This document shows, piece by piece, positions 38,903-51,109 of a DNA stretch of 61,140 nt; position 1 is the first letter of the stretch; every line of letters starts with the position of its first letter. Where the stretch lies: NCBI GenBank assembly GCA_030264375.1, contig JASCQW010000061.1, forward strand, positions 121,994,143 through 122,055,282, written 5' to 3'. The notes beneath the pieces were generated by a model. It made no database searches. It saw nothing but the letters and a program-made list of their open reading frames with translations, and was not told the origin of the DNA. The position numbers and the translations under genes were made by a program. The DNA comes from Carcharhinus longimanus. Its lineage: Eukaryota.

Positions 38903-39234
38903 GGCAGCACGATGGCACAGTAGTTAGCACTGCTGCCTCACACTGCCGGGGATCCAAATTCAATTGGATCACTGTATGATGTTTGTACGTTCTCCCCGTG
39001 TCTCTGTGGGTTTCCTCTGGCTACTTTGGTTTCCTCCCACAGTTCAATGATGAACAGGTTCGATAAAATGGCACAGAAAATTGCTTGTTTGTGTTCCAAA
39101 TGTGTATGTTAGGCGGATTAGCAGGTGAATATGTCGGGTTGCAAGGATGGGGCCTGGGTGTGATGCTCTGTCGCAAAGTCGGTGCAAACTTGATGGACCA
39201 AATAGCTTTCTTCTGCGCTGTCAAGACTCTATAA
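38903..39234 (+). mobile_element. HE1/V-SINE
   Basis: ggcagcacgatggcacagtagttagcactgctgcctcac head, V-domain, CR1-like tail. Confidence 0.85.
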
Positions 39235-40103
39235 CATACTGCTTCCCTCCCTAGCCGAGACAGGCAGTTTCCCTTCCCCGACCAGCCGCCTTCTTTCCCA
39301 CCCTCCATCTGCCTCCCATGTCCAAATAAACTGTAGCAAATCTTAAGTACGTGTGCAGGACGTTCAGGAATAAGATCTCCATTTGTATACTTGCATTTCA
39401 AAGGGGAGTTTGATTGCTTGGTCAAAAATCAAAGAAAGTTATTGTAACCCATGGGAGTCTTCAGCTTCTAATCGAACAAAGATCTGAGAGATCAGAGAAT
39501 CTTCCTTTATCATCATTTGTGATGGATAAATGGACGTTCCTTGTCCATTTCCCTTTTTTTTTCAATGATATGTCTGACGGATGCTTCGTAACCTGCCTAA
39601 ACGCTAAATTATTTAAAACAATCTTCATTCTTTCAATTTAGGGAGTGGAATAACCTCAAACGTGAAAACAATCCCCTGATGCCATTGAGCAAAATTCACT
39701 TGCATCAAAGGCATTTGGACTTAGAGGAGCTGTAGGCAAAAAAATAATGCAATTTAAATGCTAATTACAAACAAAAGTACATGGAGGCAAGGACATTTTG
39801 TTTACAGAATACGTAACAAAATAGACGTTGTGAATAATTTTGGTCCTATTGAATGTCTCAGTCATATCGTGCATTTAACTTTGAGAAACATTTCAAACAT
39901 CGGATGAAGCTGGTGAAACCATTCCATTGTGAATGATTTTACATTGCAGTGGTACAAGTGTCACCGTTAATATAGCTCCCCTTTCCCCCTCCCTCCACTG
40001 AAGGAAAGAGGAAATTCTTTTCCTCAAATTTACTATCCCAACAATCTTATTTGTTCAATTTTTCCTAGTTCGCAAATTTCATGGAATTCTCAGTCCTGCC
40101 CCA

Positions 40104-40870
40104 GGGCTGAATTCCCTCTCAATCAAAGCAGTGCATTGGGGGGAATATCATGCCCCATCCTTGGAGATTGCTGGCAGGGGGGTATCTATTTGGACACGAG
40201 GTAGGAACTTTGCCACCTTCCTGAAGGGCTAGTTGGCCTACTCCTGCTCCTATTTCTTATGTTCTTATGTTCTTATTAAACGTGAGAACTAAGGCTTGTG
40301 GACAGTTTTCCTGTCCAGATATTAACTGAGGCCTTTAAGTGGCCAATTAATGCCCATTTAAGAGAATCGCACTCCTGCTGCCAGTATTATCCCAACAGTG
40401 GGCAGAGGTGTCACCATGTCAGAAGACTAAAAAGCAAATCATTTATTGGGTTTGCTTGCAGACACCCAGGGACAGTGCTTCATTCAAAGGCACTCAAAAG
40501 TCTGGTGTCAAGAAAGGGGCAGGTGATCGGGGCAGGGGAAAGTGGTGCGATCGAAAACTACATCCTGCCCTCACCTCCATCGTCCTCTCCCCCTTCCCAC
40601 GACCACTATCCTCAACTCATTCACCTTTTGCCTCAGGAGAATGAGTGATGCTCCAGTGGGTGCACTGACAGTTCTCAATGGAAATGGGAACCCGCTGGCC
40701 TCTGATTGCCTGGTAACCCTCAGGAAGGGGTGGATTTCCACCCCAGGGGTCTTTTCCTAGTTAGCAACTCGGCCAACAAAGTCTGCTTGGCACCTCTCCA
40801 CTGGAGCCTAACCAGGACTCTCTCCAAACTGGCAGGAAAGATCTCTGTCACCTGGATTAAATTCTACCAG
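40104..40870. mobile_element. GC-rich non-autonomous DNA-element-like island containing a ~50-bp CR1 tail (40224-40275)
   Basis: Ends gggctgaatt / aattctacc; internal ggcctactcctgctcctatttcttatgttcttatgttctta. Confidence 0.45.
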
Positions 40871-41903
40871 TTGTTTAGTAACAAATTTGACATTTGGACG
40901 TGAGATTAAATCTCTTTAAAAGGAATCTTTCTGCTTGCTTATCTTTAATAATCCTAAATACATCTCGTTCCATCATTGCTGAGCAGCTTCCAATCTTTCA
41001 TCGATAGACATGTCGGTACCATGATAGACAAGTAGACAAAGCAGCAATAAGGATTTGGCATATTATACGGAGAATACTTTTAACTCAAACAAGGAAGGAG
41101 GAGGGTTAAATCCTCCAGATGAAAAAACTTGGAATGTTAAGGGAAAGAATATGAATGCTAAAGACATTGGGAGTGATCTTACCAAAAGGTTTCTGAGAGC
41201 TGAATGAGCAAGAAAATGGGAGTGAATCGCGTTGATTTTTAGGAATTTCCCAGATGCGTTCGTATCGCAATTAAGAAAATAGAGGCAAAGTATGATTCTC
41301 ATCAGTCAAGGGAGTGGGCGGAGTTATTCACACCAAACCAGCTGTAAGAGTACGATTGCGCATGTACCCCATTCCCCCAGAGCATATATACAAGTGTACA
41401 CAGTGCACAGGGAAATCTGTTCACCCCGTACCCAGCCTCCTGCCAGACATTACCTCCCCATCCCCTCCAATCACAAGCCCACTTCAACCTCTCCCTCTCA
41501 CCCCATCCCCACCCTGGTAATCGCTGGCTTCGATCTCTCCCCTGCATCCTCCCCCCAAGCTAAAGCCAATTGACCAATGTGACAAGCTTGTAAGATCACC
41601 CCCATAAATCTTTTTCATTTTGGGGAAAATAACAGTTTGAGTTTAATGTACTCTCTGTGTAATGTGCCAAATTTACATCACTGTGTAGGATTCAGCTGTT
41701 ACTTCACCTATTTTTTATAATATTACTAAGATAGTCATGGCAAAGAATTTTATTATTGGTATATCACAGATAAATGTGCATAATGCAAGGGCTTCCACAA
41801 TGGCCTATTAAATAAGAAGCTCACCACACAGTGTGGTTTATAAAATAGAGACGCAGTAGTTTTAACAATCTTGTTGCTCTGCTGTTAGTGGTACAGATAT
41901 TAC

Positions 41904-42730
41904 GGCAGGGATTCTTCCAAAATAAAACTAAGAACTAAGTGACCAATAGGCAGGAAAATGGGGGAATTTCCTGCCATTCTTTACTGAATGAATCTCCGAC
42001 ACGCTGTTCTTCACAGCTTGATTCATCCCACCTGAGAAACCAGCAGCTTACTGCTGAGAGAGCCATTGTGCATGCAACAACCTGTCAGTCCGGAGATCAA
42101 CACATGCGCACTGGCCACTCTATTGCCCACCTCCCGATCGTTGGCTTCCGGTTGCTGACCTTCACAAGAACCCCAGATCAGTGGCCTTCCAGATCCCGCC
42201 CCCTGCCCAGGAAAGCCCGGATCTCCGCTCCCATCCACCCCCACCAGCCACTATCTTCTCCCCCTCCATCCCATGGCCAGCCCCGATTGTACCCTCACTC
42301 CTCCTTCCATCGATCCCACTTGAAGAATGGCCCACCCTCCCACCACTGCTCTCCCCCTTTAATGTGCACTGGCCCCACCGCTTTGGCACTGCCTGGTGCC
42401 TGGTGGGCATTGTCATGGTGCCCCTTGGGCAATGCCAGTGTGCCCTTTGGACAGTCAGGGTGCCAAGCTGGCACTTGCCGAGGGGCACCCTCTCTTGCGC
42501 CTGNNNNNNNNNNNNNNNNNNNNNNNNNNNNNNNNNNNNNNNNNNNNNNNNNNNNNNNNNNNNNNNNNNNNNNNNNNNNNNNNNNNNNNNNNNNNNNNNN
42601 NNNGGGCAGATCTGGGCGGGGGGGGGGGGAGGAGCTGAGCGTCGGGGCAGAGGGATGGGGGGGGACGGGTTGCCAAGCCTCGCGATGGGGGGTTACAGGC
42701 AGGCCAGTGGTGAGGACGGCTATTCTTCCT
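41904..42730. mobile_element. GC-rich MITE/Harbinger-like non-autonomous element spanning a gap
   Basis: Starts ggcagggattctt; C-rich then G-rich interior with ggca/tgcc motifs; resembles islands at 8585-8990, 27050-27353 and 53945-54480. Confidence 0.4.
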
Positions 42731-44187
42731 CATTAGTTCCTGGGGAGACAACCAACCTGGGCCTGCTAAACCGTACGATAATCAGCTCGACACAGGTTTC
42801 AGACTGATGCATGGGGCAGGACTAAGACTGCAATTGTGCCTCACCTACGGCCAGTGGCAAATGATAAGCCGAATGATCAAGTATCCCTTGACAGTTCAGG
42901 ATCGGGATTCTTGGCACTCCTGGGCACAGACAGGAGTTGTGATGCTCTGCCGATATATATTTGAAAGCTGCCTTTACTGTTGATGGTATCTTTGTTACGT
43001 TTTCTTTCGCTGAATTTATATTAACCTTTAATGTTTATATTGCACAACTCAAGCAAAACCAGTACAAAACTCGTGACAATAACATTTTTACGATGCTTCT
43101 GCATCTGTGCTTTTTTGCCACAGTGTCATTTTCATTTTTTATACACTGATATGTTTAAAATCAGAGATGTTTTAACGTGTTCTGCTTTTGTGTCACTTCT
43201 GTGCATTTTTTCTTCACATTCCAATTTCAAAATCTGTTGCCACAGCGGCGCCACAATAGCAAACTCAAAATTCAAAACGTGACTTTGCAGTGGTGATTTA
43301 GATGCCTTTATTTATGGTCATGGACAGAGAAAATCCTATCCTCGATTTTTAAAGATGAGGAAATGGAAATGGAAAGTTCGAAAGAAATGTGAAACAAAAA
43401 AAAAATAGGTTTTGGAAATCAATTAAAAATTGTGAACTTTTTTGTTTGATTTCAGAAATTATCAAAGTCCGAAGAAATGTTAAATACAACTAAATAAAGT
43501 GTACTAGCCCCAAGTGAATATGCTGCAATGATCTGGAAAGCCAGTTTGACGACAAACTGCAAGTTCCTTGCTGCAAGTTCCTTGCATGAACACATTTTCC
43601 ATTGTCATCAATGTACGTTAGCAAGTGGTTAAAAATGCCAATTTAGGAATGCTGCTTAGTTCGCACCTCAGTCAGGAAATCTTTACAGAGGAGGCAAAGC
43701 ATGTGGCTTGTAAAAGATGATTGAATTCAATAAAACAGGTGTCTCACAGCTAGGGTTAGAAGCAACTATGCTTTGTGGTACATCGTTTAATTTGTGGCAA
43801 TGTGCAAAATGCAAATTCTTAATACAGTATTATTAATAAAATATTCCATTATGAAGGTTATCAAGAATTCTGAATGATTAAAAAATCCATTGTGTAATTT
43901 GACTGATATTCAAGTTCTTCAATTATTGATAGCACAATACTTGGTCTGAGCTGTATGATCTCCAATCAATGCTTGAAGTGCAAAACTATTGATCACAGTA
44001 CATTATTCAACATTTGATCTGACATCTCACTTTGTAATTTACTTGCATCCTATTTTCATCAGTATTTAAAACAGTGTCGCTTTGATTTCAGAATTGCATT
44101 GTAATCTGATTTATTCATCATTAAAATTTATTGTTCACTTTAATTGCAGATTTAAGTTTGCACGCTAATTTGTCTGTTTCTACCAAG

Positions 44188-44334
44188 GTCCAAACAGCCA
44201 TAGTCCATTGTTGAACTCCTTCAGTGGAGACTATTCTTCCCCTTTCAATATCACTAGCAACGGACACCAACTTTTTCTTCGCTGGTCAGCTGATCATGGT
44301 ACGAATAAAAAAGGCTTCCGCATTCGATACGTTG
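44188..44334 (+). CDS. CSMD3: CSMD3 coding exon (second half of last CUB domain), 147 bp; absent from ORF track
   Basis: Acceptor tgtttctaccaag, donor gtaggt. (G)PNSHSPLLNSFSGDYSSPFNITSNGHQLFLRWSADHGTNKKGFRIRYV; the WSADHG.NKKGFRIRY motif matches my recollection of CSMD3. Confidence 0.92.
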
Positions 44335-44450
44335 GTAGGTAGTAAATTTAGTTTCGTACCTTTCCCGGTTGTAACCTCACCAAATCAGGGCCGAGGTGAC
44401 TGAAATGGGACAAAGCAAATCTAATGCTTGTCACTCTGGTTTGTTTCTAG

Positions 44451-44639
44451 CCTATTACTGCAGCACTCCAGAATCTCCTCCTCATGGCCTAATACTCAGG
44501 CAAACAGGAGGACAGCTCAACAGTGTTGTTCGCTGGGCGTGTGAGCAAGGCTACAGACTTATTGGAAATAGCACTGCCATGTGCAGGAGATCACCATATG
44601 GATTTTACTCTTGGAATGTACCTGTCCCAGCCTGTCAAG
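44451..44639 (+). CDS. CSMD3: CSMD3 coding exon (Sushi/CCP domain), 189 bp
   Basis: Acceptor ttgtttctag, donor gtaaac. (A)[62 protein letters not shown]; four Cys plus Trp. Confidence 0.93.
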
Positions 44640-44789
44640 GTAAACATCCCTTAATTCCTGAATTCTGTCAACGTTCCTTTAAAAAATGGCACATGACAAA
44701 TCTATTTTTCTCCTGACGACAACCTTTGTTTCTATCTTCAACTCTACTCTTCTTCCACAGGACAAAAACATTTTATTTAAGTAGTAAAT

Positions 44790-45146
44790 GGGGAAGTGAT
44801 GGCCTAATCGCTTGACGATTAATCCAGAAACTCAGCTAATGTTCTGGAGACCTGGGTTCGAATCCCACCATCGCAGATGGTCGTATTTGAATTCGATAAA
44901 AAATATCTGGAATTAAGAATCAACCGATGACCGTAAAACCATTGTCGCTCGTCAGAAAAACCCACCTCTTTCACGCATGTCCTTCAGGGAAGGAAACCTG
45001 CTGTCCTTACCTGGCCTAGCCTAAATGTGACTCCAGAGCCACAGCAAACTTGTTGACTTTCAACTGCCCTCAGGCAACTAGGGATGGGCAATAAATGCTG
45101 GCCAGCCAGCAATGCCCACGTCCCACAAATGAATAATAAAAAAAAA
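44790..45146 (+). mobile_element. Full-length tRNA-derived SINE (possibly MetaSINE-type core) with L2-like tail
   Basis: Box B gggttcgaatccc, core gtccttcagggaaggaaacctgctgtccttacctgg, tail shared with LINE 35400-35670, A-rich end. Confidence 0.8.
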
Positions 45147-45294
45147 GATTGGACACCACATTAAAAATATGAGAACATCAAGTTGAATTGGACCATTAAT
45201 TGGTGGCAAATTTTAATTTAAAGTTGGTTCACACACCTGCTTATGTTTTAGTGCTGTTAACATGGTTAACTGAACAGCAACAAGAAATAATCTA

Positions 45295-45990
45295 ACCATC
45301 TCCTCTTGACAGTCAATGGCATTATTATTATGAACATCTTTGGATTATCAATGATCAGAAGCTGACCTGGATCAGCTACAAAAACGCAATGGCTGCAAGA
45401 GCAGGTCAGAGGTTGAAAACTCAACCTTGAGTTACTCACCCCCTGACTCCCTCAAGCCTCCACCGGCACAAGTCAGCAGTGTGGTGGAGTACTCTCCGCT
45501 TGCGAGATGTGTGCAGCTCGAACAACACTCAAGAAGCTCGAGACCACCAAGGTCAAACCAGCCCATTTGATTGGCACTCTTTTCAACACCTTAAACATTC
45601 ACTCCTCACCACTGATGCACAGTGGCAGCAGTGTGCCGTCTGCAAGATGCACTGCAGGAACTCAGAAAACTCCTTTGGCAGCACCTTCCAAATCCATGAC
45701 TGCGACCTTCCAGCAGGAGAAGGACAGCAGGGACGTGGGAACACCACCACCTGCAAGGTCCCCTCCAAGTCAATTACCATCCTGAGATGGAAATATATTG
45801 CAGTTTCTTCACTGTCCCTGGGTCAAAATCCTGGAACTCTTCCCCGAACAACACGATGGGTGTGCTTGCACTGCATGGTTTGCAGCAGTTCAAGAAGGCA
45901 GCTCACCATCACCATCCCAAGTGCAATTACGGATGGACGACAAGTGCTGACCTAGCCAGCAACACCTCGGTTCTGTGAAAGGATAAATAA
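45295..45990 (+). mobile_element. L2/CR1-group LINE 3' fragment
   Basis: VEYSPLA...CAARTTLKKLETTKVKPAHLIG RT C-terminal remnant. Confidence 0.75.
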
Positions 45991-47624
45991 CTCAGCGTTT
46001 AGTATTTTCTTGTGATTCCTCAATAATTTGAAGCTCTGGACAATGGTCAGTTACATGGGCTTAGTACCTACTGTTCAAGTAGCACATCATGGGACTATAC
46101 TGTTCATGGAGTGAGAGGGGATTATAATTCCGAGCTGGTTTCCACTGGAAATTCCCGTTCGTGTTAATTAACTCTTAGCAATGAAAGTAAGAGCCCGCAC
46201 CAATCGTAATCGTAAGGTTATTAATTCACTGGTCAGTTTCTTGACTGGAAGGCGATGCCTCCTGATAGAAAACAGAATGGAATCTGGGTCAAGGAAACCT
46301 AACCCTTTCAGGTCAGAATTTAATGTGCAGTTGGGCTCTGACGATATAATGAAACTCCAGAGTGAACCTTTTAAGGAGCATCCCACGAGCCGTCACTTGG
46401 AATTTAACTGCTTTTCCATCCAGCTTCTGCTGGGCCAATAGAGTCACAATTCGCCCTTTGCCTGCTTCAGCTGGGGTCCTTTGGTCTGGTTGCGAACTGG
46501 GTGTTGGAGAGAGATGGACAATCGGTGAGAAACAGATGTTTTCAAAGAGAGGACAAACTGGCACACCTGAATACTTCTTGCTCTAGTCCTGCCTCCTGCT
46601 AAGTAACCATTGAATAGTGTTGACCACCTATGAAGAGACCTGTGTTCCAGACCTAATCTACCTTCTCTACTGATAAACAAGATTTAAAAAACATGAAAAA
46701 TTGTAAATCAGCAGCTGCAATACATTTGGCGTGAATGTGAAAATGCAACCAGTGACATATATGCAGTTTAATTGCATTGTTACTTTCTCTACGATGCATT
46801 GCATTTTGCAGTTGGCGTTGAAGAATATTGTTTGACGTGCTCTGTGATTGTATTGTCGAGAACCCTCCAAAGAAACCTTATATAGCTGATCCAAACTCTC
46901 CTATGACTCTGCATTGCTGTAAATGGATATCAGCTCTGTCAACCATAGTGCCGAAGCACATAAATCTAACAAATAAAGAGAAAGGGTGTTACACTGGAGC
47001 ACACACTGGAGGAAAGATTGGACCTAAAGATGAAAATAATCATTTTCATTAAATGAAGCATACTTTCCAGGAGAGAAATAGAGAGAGAAGTACTCGACTA
47101 GAAACAAGTACTGTTGAGAAATATTGCACTGCCAGACGAGATCAGAAGTAGCAACAATGTCAACCTGCTGCCTGGACTCATTTATAAAAACTGTGTGCTT
47201 TGCACAGATTGATAATGTCTTACGTACATGTTTTACAACTACTATTATTACAAAGTATTGCATTATGCAGTGACATTGCAGAGTGTTATAACGATATGCA
47301 CAGCAATAGGGCAAAGGTGAGTATTTAATCTCGTGCCTTCATACAAATTGTTTGGCCCAGACCTTCTGAGCTGCAGCAACGATCATCGGATTGCTGCTGC
47401 GCTCCAAATTTCCCCTGACTCAACAGTACTCTGCATTTCTGTCGGGGTGTTCTAAGCCTGGCTTTCAAAGATGCAGTGCAACATCCGTCGCGTAACTCAA
47501 TCAGAACAGAATTGAGTCAAGGGACAATAAGGCACACCCACTTTATAATGGCACCAGCTGCCGTATGATGAGATGAACCACCCAAGTTGAATGTGACTGA
47601 ACAGATGAGTGAATGAGTGAGTTA

Positions 47625-48146
47625 CAGAGGCTGACAGCATGAAAACAGGCCCTTTGGCCCAATTTGTCCATGCCGCCCTTTTTTTTAAACCCTGAACCAA
47701 GTCCCAATTGCCCGCATTTGGCCCATATCCCTCTACACCTATCTTAGCCATGTAACTGTCGAAATGCTTTTTCAAAGACAAAATTGTACCCGCCTCTTCG
47801 ACGACCTCTGGCAGCTTGTTCCAGACATTCCCCACTCTCTGTGTGAAAAAGTTGCTCCTCTGGACACTTTCGTATCTCTCCCCTCTCACCTTAAACCTAT
47901 GCCCTCTAGTTTTAGACTTCCCCACCTTTGGGAAAAAGTATCGACTATCCAGCTGATCTATGCCCCTCATTATTTCATAGACCTCTATAACATCACCCCT
48001 CAGCCTTCTGCTCTCCAGAGAAAAAAGTTCAGCCTCTCCTTATAACTCAAACCATCAAGTCTGAGTAACGTCCTAGTAAATCTTTTCTGCATTCTTTCTA
48101 GTTGAATAATACCCTTTTATAATAGGGTGACCAGAACTGTACACAG
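47625..48146 (-). mobile_element. CR1 LINE 3' fragment
   Basis: ORF 47497-47970: MRGIDQLDSRYFFPKVGKSKTRGHRFKVRGER...FFTQRVGNVWNKLP. Confidence 0.9.
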
Positions 48147-48464
48147 TTCTGAGTTGATGAATGAGTGAGTTAGCGAATGGATAGTCGGGCGAGTCAGTAG
48201 GTAAGTGGATGAGATGGGCAGGTGGGTGAAGTGCAAAAGTGGACAGGTGAAAAGGGAGTCGGGGGAACAGTGCAAGAGTGGGTAGTCTGATTAAGGGGCA
48301 GGCAGGTCAGGTTGAGCTGTTCTTTAATTCTGATGGGGAGCGTCGTCAGGTGGTCAAAAGTGAGGTCAACTCAGTTTGATCTAGATGGATGATCGGGGGA
48401 TAGTCAGGGAACCAGAGGGGTGTTTGGGGATCCGTTATTAAATTATCCAAGAAATGTTAGGAAC

Positions 48465-49410
48465 CCAGGAAATCAGAGCAGGAGTGTGCCTTTTGGCCCC
48501 TTGGGCTGCTTTGCCATTTAACAAGATCATAATTGATCTTCTACTTCAACACAATTTTCCTGTACTTTCCCTTCCTATCTTTAATATCTAGAAATCTATC
48601 AATCTCTGTATTGAATATACTCAGTGGCAGAGTCACTCAGATCTCTGGTGATGGAAAATTTGAAATATTTCCCACCTGCTGAGTGAAGAAATTCCACCTC
48701 ATCTCAGTTGTAAATAACCTATCTCTAACTTTGAGACTGGGTCCTAGATCCTTCCAACCAGGGAAAACATCCTACTTCCATCTTGTCAAGCCTTATAATA
48801 ATTTTGTAAATTTCAATGAGATCACCCCTTATTTTTCTGAACTCTGAGGCCTAGTCTCCTTGGTCTCTCCACATAGGATAATCCTGCCATCCCAGCAATC
48901 AGTCTGGCGAACCTCTGTTGTACTACCTTTCTAGCACTGATATCCTTCCTTAGCCAAGGGGACCAAAACTGAACACAATACTCCAATTGTGGTCTCACCA
49001 AGGTGTTATACAATTGTATATAGACTTCTTTTCTCCTGTATTCAAACCCTCTTGCTATGTAGGCTAAGACAGCATTTGCTTTCCCAATTGCTTGCTGCAT
49101 CCGCATGTTGCCTTTCAATGACTTATGAACAAGGTTCTCTTTGGACATCAACACTTCCCAGTCTCTCATTATATAAAATATACTGCACAATACTCCATTT
49201 TTTAACCAAAATAGATAACTTCCCTTCTTTTCCCACATGATCTTGCCCACCCATCTAAGCTGTCCATATCTCCTTGAAGCATCTGTTCATTCTCCTCACA
49301 ATTCCCATAGTTTTGTGTCATCAGCGTACTTGGGAATTTACATGGGGTCCCAACATCAAAATCATTGTTATTAGATTGCAAATAGCTGGGACACAGGCAC
49401 TGACCCCACT
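48465..49410 (-). mobile_element. Decayed CR1 (resumes at ~49890-49995 beyond a nested insertion)
   Basis: QQAIGKANAVLAYIARGFEYRRKEVYIQLYNTLVRPQLEYCVQFWSP; YADD remnant gtacgctgatgacac; FNKVPHKRL at ~49970-49995. Confidence 0.9.
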
Positions 49411-49875
49411 AGCTCAATGAATCCCACGTATGGAGGGATTATGAGGAGAAGTTAATTAGATTGGGCCTGGACGCGTTGGAGTTTAGAAGACTGAGAGGCA
49501 ACCTTATTGAAACATTTAGAATTCTCAGGGTAGTTGACAGGGTAAATACTGCGAGGATGTTTTCTGTTGTGGGCAAGTTTAGGACCAGAAGGTATATTCT
49601 CAGAATAAGGAATCACCTGTTTAGAACAGAGATGAGGCGGAATTTCCTCTGAGGATCATGGATTTGTGGGAATTCTTTACTGCAGAGAACAGTGGGTCAT
49701 TGAGTCTGTTCAAGGCTAAGATGGTCATATTTTTAATCAGTCAGAGAATCAAGGGTTATGGGGGTAAGACAGAAAAGTGGTGTTCAGGATAATATCAAAA
49801 CAGCCATGATCTAATCGAATGGTGGAACAGACTTGATGGGCCAAATAGCCTGCTCCTGCTCCTGTGTCTTCTGGT
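49408..49875 (+). mobile_element. CR1 3' fragment nested in opposite orientation
   Basis: GLDALEFRRLRGNLIETFRIL peptide and tail cctgctcctgctcctgtgtctt. Confidence 0.85.
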
Positions 49876-50579
49876 TTTGTCGTCAGAGCCTACTAACTGC
49901 CCATTAATCAATTCTCAATCCATGCTGTATAGTACTTGCAAACCCATATGCTCTAATTTTATTTGCTAACCTCTTGTGTGGAACCTTATTGAACGTCACA
50001 CTACTTCCACTTGTCAGTCCTCATTAGAGTCCCAAGGAGTGGGCTGTTTGTCTGTCGGAAGTTTAAACTTCCCGGACAATCCTCACATGTCGAGACTTCC
50101 ACTTGACTCCCAATGAACATCATGAGTCATTTGTACATCTCTCATACTGGGAGACCGGAAGATTTATCCCCCTTTCACTCACAGAAGGAGGGAATGGTGG
50201 AGAGATAAACAACATTGCAATGCACTTGTTTTCACCAAGTAACAAACTCAAAGCAGTCTGGTTCAGCTCCTATTCACTTTTATTAAGATCAAAGACAGTT
50301 ACAGCCACTCAGCCTCACGTATCCATGCCAGTTCTCTGCAAAAGCAATTCATATCGTAACAATCTCTCACCTTTTCCACTAAACCCTACAACTCTGTTCT
50401 TGGCAAAAGTTCAGACTTCTGTCACTCAGCTATAAATAGTTCATTGTATATATTTTTATTAAGACTATGTCTCCTTGATATGTGTTGAACAAATGGTTAT
50501 TTGGATAATTTTCATTAATACTGACACATGAAAGATTCTGTTTTTGAGTATCATCCCTGACATGTTTTATTTGTTCCAG

Positions 50580-50765
50580 CAATATCATGCGGAGTGCCAA
50601 AAGCATCTGCGAATGGAGGAGTGTTTGCAACGGATTACTCAGTAAATACACGTGTTAGCTACTTTTGCAATGATGGATATCGACTGACGTCAAAGGAACA
50701 GTCCACTGCCGTGTGCCAACAGGATGGTACATGGAGTAATCAAAATCGACCACCCCGCTGTTTGG
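50580..50765 (+). CDS. CSMD3: CSMD3 coding exon (Sushi/CCP domain), 186 bp
   Basis: Acceptor ttgttccag, donor gtaagg. (A)ISCGVPKASANGGVFATDYSVNTRVSYFCNDGYRLTSKEQSTAVCQQDGTWSNQNRPPRCL. Confidence 0.93.
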
Positions 50766-51109
50766 GTAAGGAACGTAAGAAACTGCTCCCCATGTACGAT
50801 GTGTATAATCTAAATGATAAACTTCACATGGATGGAAATGTAAACTTACTTTGTTAAACTTAGAGTTGACCTGTGTTGTGATGAGATTTAATGCATGTGC
50901 TCAAAAATTATTTCAATGCATACATTGTTGTAAAGCCACACAACTCGTTCTTTCATCCTGGAAATGATCTGTTTGGATATGAGCTTGTGAATACTTGGTA
51001 CGCTCGTGTGAAGTTTCTTTTCCCGCATTCAACAAATATTTGCAGAAATTTCACACAATCGCACCAATTTTCTAAGTGTCCGAGTTTCAATTCTTTGATG
51101 CTAGTTCCC

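Noticed and set aside
41939-42807. Long overlapping ORFs of 208-265 aa
   Set aside because: They span an N gap in GC-rich repeat sequence poor in stop codons; no domain resemblance.
43557-43584. 14-bp tandem duplication ctgcaagttccttg
   Set aside because: Ordinary micro-duplication with no further structure.
44790-44870. tRNA-like box B sequences here and in other SINE heads
   Set aside because: They continue into SINE bodies and do not form a cloverleaf; not tRNA genes.
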